Origin: Bigelowiella natans CCMP2755
Lineage: Eukaryota; Protista; Cercozoa
Length of the DNA stretch: 64,000 nucleotides
Assembly (NCBI GenBank): GCA_000320545.1
Contig: ADNK01002630.1
Coordinates: forward strand, 1-64,000
Direction of reading: 5' to 3'
The notes below the pieces were generated by a model that did not search any database, was not told where the DNA came from, and saw only the letters and a list, made by a program, of their open reading frames with translations. Positions 25,906 to 39,300 of this stretch are shown piece by piece (the stretch's first letter is position 1; the number at the start of each line of letters is the position of its first letter). Both the position numbers and the translations under genes were made by a program.

Positions 25906-28900
25906 ATATGGCGTTTTTTATTTATATTACCGATGATTTTGCTGTGTTTTTCTCCTGCTCGATTGCAAGTGCCGTTGCATTCTTAATCTCCCTCTCCACT
26001 GCTGCAATGACCCGGCCAAACCCTTCCTTGGCACGAGGGGCGAGGTCAGACACCAACGCGGCATGGATCGCCCGGAAAGTCGTCGAGTCTCTGAAAAGTT
26101 GAGAACAATTAGGAGGAAGAAGGACGAAGATAAGGGCGATTCAAACGGCAGCGAAGGCGATGTGGAATGCCAAGGAATCAAGCATGCCTGCCCATGTCGG
26201 GGCGACGACTCACCTGAATGGCACCAGCTCTGGCATCAAATCGTCGAAGGTAAACCGGACAAGGCCCTCGCTCTTTCTCGCCCACTCAACAAGCCACTTG
26301 GCGTCAGTGAGAGGGGCGGATCGAAGCGCAGTGTGAAGCAGCTTTTGCCCGGCGATCCGTGCGGTGGCGTCATCGTGGCCCTCTTCGGATGACAACTCGC
26401 TCGCGACGTTTTTCACGCATTTCAGCACGTACCTGTCGTAGGAGGCCGATACGCGAATACACACACACACACAAACAGAGAGATAGAGAAAGATAAAGAG
26501 AGAGTCCAATCACTTTCACAGAAACTCTATAGATCATTCAACGCAGAAGCACAATCACGACAACATCGACGAGCTAAGCAAATCGCACGTTCGCAGAGAA
26601 GGCGCCATGCCCGAGGCGCCGCATTGGCAGATGATCGAATCCAGCTGCTCCGATAGAGCGAGAAGGTCCGCAGGAATGCTTTCCTTATCAGCGCTGCCGA
26701 CATGCGCGACAAGAGCGGATGCGAAGAACTTGACAATGTGCCGCAGCTTCGCAATAGCCAAAAGCACACTATCCGGCGACTTAAACTGCTTCTTCACGTC
26801 CAGAGAGAGCGCTCCGGCGATTTCTTTCGCGGACGTCTTCGCCAACGCGAGGGCCCCGGAGAGCGAGGAGGGAGGGGGCGCGCCAGCGACCTTTTTGACG
26901 TCCTCCGCCCCGCCTCCTTCCGCGAGCAGGCTCTCGTGCATGGAAGCAAAGTTGACCGAGAACAGGTTTCCGATGGCCTTGGCCTTCTTCACGGAGCCCT
27001 GGAGGCACTTTAAGATCTGCGCGCGCGCGGTCTTCCGAAAGGCGGGGTTGGCCAGCTCGTGGAGGGCCGTCAGGAGGCACACCCGCGCGGCGTGGCTTGA
27101 GACGATATCGATGGAGGAGCGCTGAATGCGCTGCCCCGCCAGCGCCTTGAGGAAGTCGCGCAGGAGGTCCTTGTCCTTCATCATGACCCCGCCATCTCCC
27201 AAGCAAAGCTCGAAGATGTAGTACTCCATAAACCGCAGCGCCGAGTCTTTGAGCTGCTGCTCGGTCGCAACTGATTGCTGCCTCACCGTGAATTCCTGGT
27301 CCGGAACGAGCGTCTTGGAGCTCAGTTTTTCGCCGGTGACCGGCGAGATGTCGCTGTCCTTGAGGTAGTCCTCAATCGCCGTGCGCTCGTAAGTCTTCCC
27401 GTCTCCCTGAAGCACCACGGGCTCTTTGATTTCCTCCAGCGTAATCGGGCAGCGGAAATCGTACTCGACCAGTTTTCCCCGGAGCTTTGAGAACATGTCG
27501 ATGACCGCTTTGAGCGCCTTGGAGGTCCGCAATTCGCGGGTGGCCACGGTGGCCAGGGTCGCGAGCGTGTGCTTCGGCGCTACGCGCAACGGCACTGCCA
27601 CGTCGCGCAGGAACGTAAACATAAATGTGAGCTTTGTGAGCTTTTGGCGAACGGCGGCGGAGGCCTTCTGCGCCTGGTCTTTCTCCGCAGCTTCCAGCAT
27701 CGCCGAGGCCGTCGTCTGCGCAGCCTTGAACATTCGAATCCATTGCCCGTACTGCGCGATCTCCGTCCAGTTTTTCCGGGACTCCGCCAGGGTATCGAGG
27801 GCGATGCTCAGCACCTATATGCGGCGATAATGTGGATTAGTTAGAAAACAGCCGAGCTGCCCAGGCTCGAGACGTACACGTTATTATTACACTGCGGCGA
27901 AGGGATAAACGCGACTAAGAAAACGAATAATCCAACGGCAACAACCATCATCAAAAACATGCATCTAAAAGCCAACACACGCAGTATTGTTATGAAACAC
28001 ACCTCTAGGTCGAGAGCCGGGCCAGCCTGCTTTGCCTCGTCAATGTGCTTTAGAACGGCGGCCTTGCACAGAGGCACCGCGTTGATGAGCCCCATGTAAG
28101 AAACCACCATCGCCTCGCACCTCCAGAACAAAGCGTGGATCTCGGCGAACTTCGTCATGTTTTCGCCTCCGTTTTCCAGCCGCAATATCGTCCAGAGAAG
28201 CTGGGCTTGGTCTTCTCTACTGAGAGACTGGCTCGCGCGGCACCGCATGCATGCAAAGTCGTGCACATAGCGCCGAAGCAGCTTTTCCGGGATGCTGCCG
28301 TCCAGGCCTTGCTGGAACTGCATTCGCTTGACCTGGGCGTCGAGGGCTGCGACATCTTTCCCCTCGCCGGTCCGCGCCGTGGAGGCACGGAAGCTGTCAA
28401 TGGCGTTGTGCACAAAGAACGAGAATGGGAACTTCGACTCGAAGGAGGAGCCGAGCCCGTCCGAAGTTACTTCCACCTTTCCGCCCCGCGAGAGGGGCTG
28501 CTGCGCGCTAGAGGCAAATGCGTCCGCGAAGGATCGTCGGTAGAGGTAAAACCAGAGGCTCCGAACCTCTTCGTCGTTCAGAAGCTTGAGTCCATCGTTC
28601 CGGTCGGCGTGGGAGAGGAGTTGTGCAAACCCAGCCGCGAGAGTGTCGCGGATCTGCCGGTGCAATGCTGCCTGGAATGACCTCTCCACGGAGCCGCTCG
28701 TTGCAGCAGCCATCACATCGAGCTTCAGGTTGGACTGGGAGATTAGTCTCTTGACGGTATCCTCGAGCGCCGCTACCAGGTCGGTGTCATCTTGGAGAAG
28801 CTTCATCAGCATTCGTATTTGGCCTTGGACGTCAGTCACGGTGCGGGATTTTTGGTATGCCATGCGCCCCAGAGCGAGGCGGAAAGTGTTCAGAAGGGCG

Positions 28901-28927
28901 CTCGACACCTGTTTCGAATATACGAGG

Positions 28928-28964
<37 letters not shown>

Positions 28965-31900
28965 TGCACACGTGTGTATTCACACGTATGTGTGTGTGCG
29001 AGTTTGTGCGTGTATGTGTACAATATAATTACTCCATATTCATATTATATCGATTTATATGAATATCTGTGTCGCGCATCATGATCTCCTAAGCAGCATT
29101 GCTAGCAGATGTCAAAAAAAGCGCAAATATTTACAGTAGCAGCATTCACAACATCTTCTTCGTCACTGCAAGGGTTTTCGCCACGGCCATCATCACCATC
29201 GTTATTGCTCACACAGTACTTACGTCGAGTGTGCCGATGATTTCTTCCATGGAGAGGTTGGTACGAAGCATGGCTTGGAGATCTGGAAGACCGGTGTCAC
29301 CTGACGCATCGAGGTCATCAATGAAGGCCTGGCGCCATACGTTCGAGTAATCGAGCTGGAATTGTACGTCGCCTCGCTGGAGGTGAATTAAAACGATCAC
29401 ATGCACGCCGCGAGGGCTATCTGCAAGATCCTCCTCCCCAGCGTCTTGGTCTTTACTTTTCTTCTTATCTCCTGGCCCCATCATCATCGGCGTTTTTTTC
29501 TTCATCGAGGACGCATCGTCCTTCCCCATCATGCCGCTCATCTTTGACCGCCCGTCAGTCGCGCCCCCCCCTGCTTTACGAGCACCGGCAGACGGTTCGG
29601 CTGCAGTGGCAGGGCGTCTGCTCGCAATATCTCGGAATTTCTCCGAGGTTGCAAAGCGGTCGCGCTCCCTCTCCAGGATGTACTTTGAGTGCTCAATGCG
29701 ACGCAGGCTTGCCGCCTGAGGGTCACATTGGAGGAGGAAGACGTCGCCGTCCTTGCACTCCCCGAAAAACGAGGATACGGCGCTCCGAAGGTCGCGCTCG
29801 CTGGATAGCTCGTGGAGGTTGATGGTGGTGATGCTCGTCCACTTCGTCTTCGCAGCTACCAAATCTGCTGCGCTCTCCCCGAACGGCGTGAAGGTGAGAA
29901 GCTCTACACGCGAGCCAACCTTGGCACTGGCTGCTGTTTTGCTAGGCTTAGATGACTTTTCTTCCTTTTCATCGGTCTTTGTATCTGCGCCATTTTCTTC
30001 CGATTTCGGATTCGCTGGCTTCGTCGTTGCGTGAGCCGACTCCTCCTCATCTGCCCAGACGTCGATCATCCGCTGCGAGAAGGTGACGAGATCGGCATGC
30101 GACTGCTGCGAGAAGTACACCTCGCCGACATCGACGCCGAACTTCGACTTGAGCGCCTGCTGGCGCTCGCTGATATCCATCACGCGGCAAACGCTCTCCG
30201 GAGTCGCGGTCCACAACAGCCGCCGGATGCATTCATGCAGTGCGGCTGCCGACGAAGCAGACGCACCCTCAGCACCCGCAGCGGCGGAGGCAGCACTAGC
30301 TTCCGCAGATTTGGCGCTGAGAAAACTGGCTGGCAGGCTCTGAATCAATGATGCGAGCATGTCTATGTGATATCCGGTAAAGCAAGCCCGCAGTTCCGAC
30401 ACGCTGGCGCGCGAGTCCTCCCCACACGCGAAGATCCTTGCGAACAGCTGGAGGCTCTCCAGAAGCTGGCACTGCTCCGCATCGAGGAGGTCCTTCCTCT
30501 CCAGGACCTGCTTCTCGAAACGGTTGAGCAACGGCGGCGCGAGCCGGTTGTACGCGTCGATTTTCTCCACGACGACGATGATGCGGAACCGAGGGTCGAT
30601 CTCGCAGAGCCTATTGCTGGTCCCAAACGCGATGCGAACGTACAGCTTGTTCCCAAACTCGGTGTAGTGCTGATTCAGGAGGTCATAAAGCGACTCGTAC
30701 AGAGCTTCGCAGTGAACGAGGACGACCGTGCGCCCCTGCGCCATGCAGAGCTTCACCTGTTGGAGAGCCTGCATGATCTGCAAGTCGTTTTGGTCCGCGG
30801 GGAAATCGGAGCCGTATATCACCTCGGTCGTTGCGTGGTCCAGCAGCCGCGTGGCGCCGAAGAGAAGGCGAAGCGCGGCGCCATTCTTGGTGAGAAGCAT
30901 CAGCTGGCGGCTCTCCTTGGAGTTGATATTCGCCGAGACAAGCTGCACCACGCCCTTGCGCTTGGCATCTTTTATCGGCAGGCCGATGGCTCGAAAGAAG
31001 ACCTCAAGAACGTCCGCCATCGCCTCGGGCTTGCCGCCGAAGTTGCGTTGAACGGCGTCAACGAGCACGTCGCCGTCGAGGTTTCTTCCCTTCTGCTCCC
31101 GCAGCACGAGGTTGATGTGCTTCACGGTGGAATAGAACTCGCGGAGTCCCCAGAAGTCTCGCTGCTTCTGCGTGCGGTAGACTTCGTCGTAGGCCCGCGC
31201 AATCGAGCGGAGGAAGCCGTCGAGCTGCACGTTCTGCACCATGCCCTGCGCCGTTTTGGACAGGTCCTCGACGCCCGGGGCGGCGCGGAAGAGGTGCACG
31301 GCTCGGTTCATCTTCGCTGGGTCCAGCGCCCAGTTTGAGATCCCGACGAGGCTGTAGTCGCCACCCTCGTCGAGGACTTTGTGCAGCACTTTGAGGGGGA
31401 GGTGCGGCGACTGCTCCGCCAGCCCGACCTCGTCGAGCAGCACGATGACGATAGAGTTGGGGCTTTGCTGCTTGTACTTATGCGCCTTCATAAACGCCTG
31501 CTCGATGCCGGCCGAGGTAGACAGCGGCGAGCATTGGTAGGAGAACAAGGAGACCGACGGAAAATGACGGAAGAACTCGCTCTCGGAGGCCTCCCCGTTC
31601 ATGTTGGACATGATCAGCTTCATCGCCAGGCTCTTCGAAGTTCCCGGTTTCCCGACGACGAATATCGGGATTTGGTTCAAAATGGAGACCATGATCATGA
31701 AGAGGTTCTCCAGCAGCGCGTCGTTGAGCGCGATGCCGGGCCCGAGGTGCACGTGGCGCACGAACGACCGCATCACCTCATCGACGGTCTTGCCGAAGAC
31801 GCGCGCGTTGAGATCCAGCCACGTGCAGCGCGGACCGTACTTGGGCACGCGGCGCATGTTCCAAAAGCCAATGCTGACGTACCCAATCGGCTCCTGGAGC

Positions 31901-33304
31901 TTCAAGTAAACCTCCTGCAGCTTCGCGCCGTAGCCCTTGCGATCCCGCTGGCCGAGCCGGGCGTAGTAGCAATAGGCGAGGGACATGAGCATCGCGCGGC
32001 GTACGTGATCCCTGGTGCGCTCTTCGACGTTGAAGAAGTCCGCGGTGGTCCACGGCACCGCGGCCTTCGCGCCGACGCTCTTCGCGAAGAACTCTCCGAA
32101 CCAGCGGAAGATCTTTACGCACCGAGCCACGTCGCGGAGGGATACGACGGAGCGCTCGCCGTCATACGACGCCCGCACGTACTCTTGCGAGGCGCAGATG
32201 AGCTGGGCGAATACCTCGACGAAGTCGCCGAAAGTCCCGTCGCCTTGTTCCATCTCCTCCATCAGTTTTTTCATGTCTTCCTCGGATATCTGCTCTGCTC
32301 CGCCGCCGCCGCCCGCGCCCGCCTGCTTGTCCTTGGACGGGTCTTTCACGATTCCTTGCGACCCGATCTTGATCTGGCGGCTTTGGTCATAGCTCAACTT
32401 CTCGCCTTTGCCGCCGGTCATGATAGAGGAGGGATTGACCTTTGTGGGGGGGGGGGGGGGGGGGGAAAGAAATTTATGCAGAGGAAACAGAAAAGAGGTT
32501 TTATTATTCGACTGGCACCGATGTCACAGTCTAATCAAAACCGAGAAGTCTCCTCCAAATGCTTCCGCAAAACACATCATGATAGGCATAACAGCATTGC
32601 ACGATCAGACGCATCAGGAGTGGTCATTTCCGGGCATCTTGCCGGCTTCTCAGCCCGACGTATACGCACCTTGTTGTCCGTGTCGCCATCGTCGAAGCGA
32701 ACCGCGTAAGTTCCGTCGGCGTTCAGCGCGGAGATCCTCCCATAGTAAAAATTGCCTTTTTTGTTACGGTACTTTGCCTTGACCTTCTGCCCGATGCGGA
32801 AAGTGCCCCCGCTGGCCATGGTTTTTCGCATCATTGCGCGGTACTTGTCGAGGCGGTCATTCCCGTCTTTCCCGTCCGCGGGAGGGACAGCGGAGGCGTC
32901 CGCCCCCACGCCGCCGTCCGGCGTATGGCCGGCTCCTTTCTTCTCGTCGTCAGCCGCTGCGTGCTTTTGCTCGTGAAGGTAAATCCCAAGCTGCCGCTTC
33001 AGCATAGCGCGGATGTAGATCTCCTCGGTCTCGGGCGGGAGAGCGCCGAAGTCGTAGACGTGGTCTACCATTGACTCAGGAAGGGGGTGCACGCGGTACA
33101 CGAGGTTTTTGAGAGGATCGCGAATGCCTGTGCCGACGTTCTCCCCCGCGTCGCTTGTGTACTGGTCAAAGGCGAGGCCGTGCATGGCCTCTTGCTCTGC
33201 AGCGGCCTTGCTCTTGAGTCGGTACGGGTTGCACGCGCAAATAACCTGTACGTTCGTTGTTGCTTAAGTTTAGTCCGTGTCACAGTCACTTTTGAACGAT
33301 ACAG

Positions 33305-33341
<37 letters not shown>

Positions 33342-36300
33342 GCTTACACATTGTCCGGTGTGATACACGTGTATGTTGAAATCAAAGTTAAGAAAATAAT
33401 GTTATGGCGAGAATTCTTAGTAACGAGCGATTTTGTATCGTGTATAGATTGATGGGGGGACGGCGAACTCTCAAATGCACAACCCACAGGTCAAACAAAC
33501 GCCCCAACTCGCGCCAGTGGTTCCCTCGCTCTCGAGAGGGAGGCAACAACTCACCTTGAGATTTTCCGGAAGAAACTCGCCCTGCATCGAGCCGTCGCAG
33601 ACGATTTCCTTGAACAGGCCCATGCAGTTGCAGGTATTGACTTCGTCCAGGAAGACGACGATGCGCTCCTCCCTCGTCATGTAGCTCGCCTCTATGATCG
33701 CCCTCCGCATCCACTTGACCACGTCCTCCGCCTCCATCCCGCCGTGGATGTTGAGCGTGCGCAGGGGGAGGCGCAGAATGCCGCAGAGCTGCCGCACGAG
33801 CGAGCTCTTGCCGCAGCCCGTCTCCCCCATGATCATGATGGGAAGGCCGTTTTTGAGGCGGAGCTGGATGGCCAGCATCTTGAGCAGGTTGTCGATGGTG
33901 ACGACGTAGGTGGGGTCGGGCTTGTTCCGCCCCACCGAGTTGCGGAGCTGGTAGCCCTCGAGCTTGCGGAGGATGGCCATTCCCTCCTCGGAGGACATGT
34001 CGCGCCAGTCGCGGTCCAGGGACGTCTCCAATTTCCCGCCCAGCGACATCTGCTGCTTGAGGTTTTCGAGGAGGCCGCGCTCGATGAACTTGCGCACGAA
34101 GTTCTTGTTGAGCGCCAGGATGGAGAGGGCGTCTACTCCTCCGTGGCCTTCCACGCTTGGGAACCACAGGCAGATGGGGTGGTCCGTCTCGTCCCATTTG
34201 GTCATGTTCTCGAAGCGCGAGGCCATCAAATCTGGGTTACCGTTTTTGCTCTCAGCGTCGCCTTTCTCGTCCTCCGCGGCGGAGTCGGCGGGCCCTTTCA
34301 CCTTGCCCTTCTTCAGTTTTTTCCGCCCGACAGCCCCGTATTGCCATTCCCGGGGGACGGCGCGCATGGAGAAGTCTTTCGAGGTGGCAATTAGCATATC
34401 GGCCATTGCGTTGCGAAGGCCGTGGAGACCTTCCAAAAACTCGTAGACGTGCGGTTGCGTGAGCGAATAGCCGAACTCGGGGTCCATGCCGAAGAAGGCG
34501 TCCTTCATGTAACGCACGAAGTTGTTGAAGATCGAGAAGGACGGCGCGTCGTTGGGCTGAGTCTTGTTCTCGGTGAAGCTTCTCAGGAGCTCGAAGGCCT
34601 CAGCAGGCTCGATCGCGCCGCATGTGCGCGGGTTCCAAAGCTTGTCTTGCTCCCAAGTCGCGGATTTGATGAACTTCCGCTCTCGGAAGGCCTTCAGAAA
34701 GCTCGCGACGTAGTTTAAAGGTTCCATGGAGTCGTACTGATGCAGCTTAAGCTTCGTGCACTCTTGGTCGGTGAACGTGACTGTGCGCTGCTCGAAGGTC
34801 TCCACCCCTACCGCAAGCCGCCTTTCCGGTAGCAGCGCGCAGACTTGCAAGGCGTTGGCGGTCCTGTTCCCAGAGCTGTTTGGGATCTCCACGAAGAACG
34901 TGTCCTTCGTCCGGCGCGCATACACCGCGCATGTCGCCGGGTCCTTGAGCACGCCGACGATGAGGAGCTCGAAGAGGCACGTATTCGCGTCCGCGGGAAT
35001 CACATGGCCGACGTCGAGATGGATAGCGTTGCTTTCTCCTCGGGCATGTCCGAAGCGGGAGAGCCGCCGCACTAACGTGCCGGCCGTCGAGCTCTCGTGG
35101 TAAGGGACGCGGCGGTATTTTAGCCCCTTCTCCTCGCGCTGGCGGTCGGCCACGCTTCGTAGGATATAGCCGGTTTTGCCGCCGCCGTTAATGTTGGAGG
35201 AGATGGCCACCGTCTCGCCGTTGTGCTGCTTCGCTGCCTCGGCGACTGCAGTGCGCAGGGATTTCCGATCCAGCGCGCCGAGGGGAGTCGCGTGCGCAGA
35301 GAGGGAGTTGAGGATGACCTGCCGCGGTTTCCCCGAGACGAACAGCAGCGAGGCGGAATCGCGGGTCCGATAGCGGGCCAGCATCTCGCGGAGCCTCGCC
35401 AGCACCGAGACCTGCATTGCGTAGTCGAGCTTGTGCACGTCGGCGAGGCAAAACACGCACCGGCCTAGTCCGTGGGATTTGGCGGCCAGGAACCTGTACA
35501 GGATGAGCTCGACGTCCTCGAGGCTAGTGCCTTTCGTGCAGAACAGGATCTCTCCTGGCTCGGGCAGTCGCCCTCTGCGGACGTAAACTGAGAGCACGAG
35601 GTCCAGAACAGCGCTGGGAGACTCCGCACAGGACACCCACATCGGCAGGGTTTGCTTCTTCCCTGCTCCCACGCCCTGCATACGCTCGTCTTGCGAGAGA
35701 TGCAGCATATCCGTCTTGTTGCGGGAGTCTGCGCCTGGCATCGGAACTCTCCGGAACGTGACGGCTGATTTCGACGCCGAGGCGGCGCCTTCCTTCGCGT
35801 CCTTTGCCTTCTCCTCCTCGCTCGGGGCCATAATCCATCGGAGGATCTTCCCCACGGCCTCGAGCTGGTACCTATTCGTTTTCGTCCCCATTGCGTTGTC
35901 GCCGTCTTTGATCTCGGACGTGCGCGAGCGCAGCTCGCGACGCCAGACGGTGTGCATGGCGCGCACCCGCTCAACGTCAACGCGCGAAGAGAGCAGGTGC
36001 AGTAGAGCGCAGAACTCTTGGATGGCCTCGTACGATGACCGCCCGGTGCTGCCGGAGCGCGAGCGGACGCGCTTGCGCTCTTTCTTCAGGCCGAGGGACT
36101 CGATGAGCGCGGTCGTCTCGGCCGGGCGAGGCGCACCGCACATCACGCAGCGCTTTTGGAACGTCTTGTTTTTGAACCGACACGAGGAGCACCGCCAGTG
36201 ATCCATGATCGCCGCAGCCGCCTTCTTGTCGGCCTCCTGCTTTCGCTCGATCGACGATGGGGATCTCTCTAGATCGGGCGGGGCACTGCCATCGGCCGCG

Positions 36301-39300
36301 TTGTCGTCCCCCTTCCGTTGCGCTTTGTTTACACTTGAGGACTCATCGGACTCAAGACCTGGGGGCTTCTCCATTTCTTCAATTAGCCGCTTTTCCTCGA
36401 GCTCCTCCTCGATGTCGATTTTGGACCGCTTTCGCTCCCCCATGATGTTCTGAATCAAAACCAGAAGCTCGCGCATGCGGAAGTAGTTCAGGTAGTAGTA
36501 CTTCTCGCGCATCTCGCGAACGGTCTCCCTCCACGCTGCGAGCTCGGCGCAGAGTCGCGTGTACTCAGCCTTGAGGTTGCGTAGCCCTTCCTCGTCGGTG
36601 GTGAGGAAGATCCTCTTCGTGTACTGCTGGTTTTGGAAAGCGAAGTGGCCGGATTCGTACAAGGTCACAACTTGCGTTTTGATGTCCACAGCGACTCGCA
36701 GCTGCTCCAAGAACGCGCTCACCTTCGCGCTCATGTCGTGTTCCTTCTGCATCTTCTTCGGGATCTCGGTCATTATGACGCGAGACCTCAAATCCATCAG
36801 AAACTCCTCGCTCTTTGTTTCGATAGCCTTTTCCTCCGGCGCCCTCTTCTTGGCGGAGGCGTTGACAGCGCTGACCTTTTTGTCCCCCCCTCGCAGCTCC
36901 TCGTGCGGCTCGAGGGCGAGCACCGCATCGGGGTTGGGGTCCGACTTGAGCACGATGACGCCCGCGTTGAGGAAGTGGAGAATGTCCTTGCAGGCTCGGA
37001 CCCCTGCAGACTCGGTCTGCTTGGTGATGATGAGCTTGAAGGCCGCGAAGTTTTGCTGCACCGTAGTGAGGTGCGCGACTAGATCTCCGTTTTGGAGGTC
37101 CACCGCACGGAACGTCTCGAAGAACCCGGCCAGTGATGCGTATGGTGGCTTGTTGTACAGGAGCTGCAGCATGGCGGTTCGGACCGTCGCCAGACTCCCC
37201 GTCGCGTTGATCACATTGGCCTCTGCACCCGAGTCGAGGATGAAGGAGCGGTATTGGTTAAATTGACCTTGATGCTTCTGCATTAAGATCCACTTCACCA
37301 TGTCTTCGCTCGCAGGCTCTGCGAGTATGCGCAAGAACTCGCACTGCGCCGCGGTCAAATCGGAGCCGAGGTCCTTCTTGATCGGGGCGAGGAGAGACGA
37401 CAGCGAGTTCAGAGTGAGGGTGCTCCACTGCTTCTGCAGCGTGGCGGACAGCTCGAGCAGCTTCGCGTACACGTGGTCCTTCGACTCGTCTGTCTCAAAC
37501 AGAGACCCGAAATCATACTTGCGAAGTTTCAGGATGGCGGGCAGGGTGATCTTGAGTTCGGAGAGCACCGCAAAGTCCTCGAGCTGTACCAGCGCCTTCT
37601 CGTGCCAGCTGCTCTCGCCCTCCCCGCCCTTGCCTTCCGCGCCGCCGGCGCCGCTGCTTTTCTTGCTCTCCACGGCGTCTCCTTCCCCGCTCGCGCTCAA
37701 GACCATCAGCTCGGCGACGGAGTCTTCCATAGTGTTGACTTTGCCAAACGTTTCGATGAGAAGAGGCACGGACGCCTCCCCCCGTTTGACGCTGTCGAGA
37801 AGGGACTTCCAGCGCTTTTTGATGGCGGGAACGAGACGATCCATCACGCTTTTGTGAGAGAGCGGATGCTCTTTCATTAGGTTTTCATGGTCTAGTCGCG
37901 CGATCTGATCAGCAGCCGAACCGGCCCCCTTGCCGTCCTCCTTTTTGCCGTCGCCCCCCGCAGCAGCAGGTGCGACGAGGGGGAAGACAGAGGGCTTGGG
38001 GATGGTAGACGCGGACATTCCTATCGACGTGAGAATCACCTCCTTGCCTACCTCTCGCCACATATTCAGGAAAATGAGAGATCGATGCGCCGCGTAGAGC
38101 CAGGCGATGTTAGCGAGGTGCTCGCTCGGCATCATCTTTGGGAGCAGGGAGAGCACAGAATTCACGGCGAACTTGTTGTACCCCTCGTTGAGCTTTTTGA
38201 GCTCCTCTGGCAGCTTCCCGACGATAATCGGGACGCCGCAGTCGCAGAACTGGCGCAGGTACACGTTGATCTGGCCGAGCGCCGTGTCAAATTTCCTCAC
38301 GACTGCAAGCCATCCATTCACGACGTCCTCGGTTACTCCGCTGAGCCCTAGAAGCTCGAAGAGCTTGAGCGCATTGTCCTGATTTCGCTCGACGCTCATG
38401 AGATCTCCCAGATTCATGGTGCCTTTATCAGGCGCCAGCTGTTTGGCGGCGGACCCCATGACCGACTTCACGTGCGCTAGCACCTTGTTGAACGCTGTGT
38501 GACTCATCTTCGCGTCGCCGCTGCCATCGAGCCCGCGGGTGGTAAAGATTTCCAGCCAGAGCGCGGATGAATCTAAAATGCGGCCGAGGGAAGGCGTGCT
38601 GCCGCCCGCGCCGAGGGTGAGCGCATGGAAGAATTGGTGGCTGAGCGGCGAGTCTACTGGCAGCTTGTTTAGCGTCGCCACTGCAAATTGGATCTCATCT
38701 ACGTTCCGCCTCTCGGCCATTGCGCCGAGTAGCTTCGAGCCGACGTTTATCAACTCCCGCGCCAGGGCGGGGGCATACTTAAACGCGCCGCCATTCCGGA
38801 TGCCGAGGCCGCATAAGGTTCTAACGACATCTTTGGGAAAGCCCATCATCGGCCGACAGCGCTTCAGCTCAAACAGCAGCGTGTCGGAACTCGCGGCGTG
38901 GTAGACGGAGGCCTTGCAGATCTTGTCAATCAGCTCGCAGTTGCGACTGAGCGCGTCGAGCATCCTGCTGGCCCTCTCCTCGGGCTCGACGTCCTTGAGG
39001 ACGTCTTCGGTGAAGTAGAAGCTTCTCTTCACGCTCACCACCTTCTTCAGGAAGGGCTTGGCTTGATTCCCGTGCCGAAACCACTGGTACACCGCCTGCC
39101 CGAGCTTGGTGAATTTCTGTGCCAGAGCGTCGGCCTTCTTCCTCTTGGGGTGATCCAAAGGCAGCTTCTCCTCGCCGCGCCGGAGGCACGCTGGCATCTG
39201 CAGATCGGCGTATCGGCGAATCGACACTCCAAGAACATTTATCAGCGCGTCGCTCAGCTCGGCGTCATGCGCCTCGGCGCAGTGGTTCTCGAAGGCAGCC

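Noticed and set aside
30367-32709. Long plus-strand ORFs (323 aa, 442 aa) and many others antisense to the RNF213-like gene and AFG2
   Set aside because: Shadow ORFs caused by GC3-biased codons on the coding strand; no recognisable motifs.
33471-35660. Midasin or dynein heavy chain assignment for the multi-AAA protein
   Set aside because: Motifs such as ISNWALDPAKMNR, GLAExSPxxPLKxLH and the CTD are characteristic of RNF213; no MIDAS domain or dynein stalk was seen.
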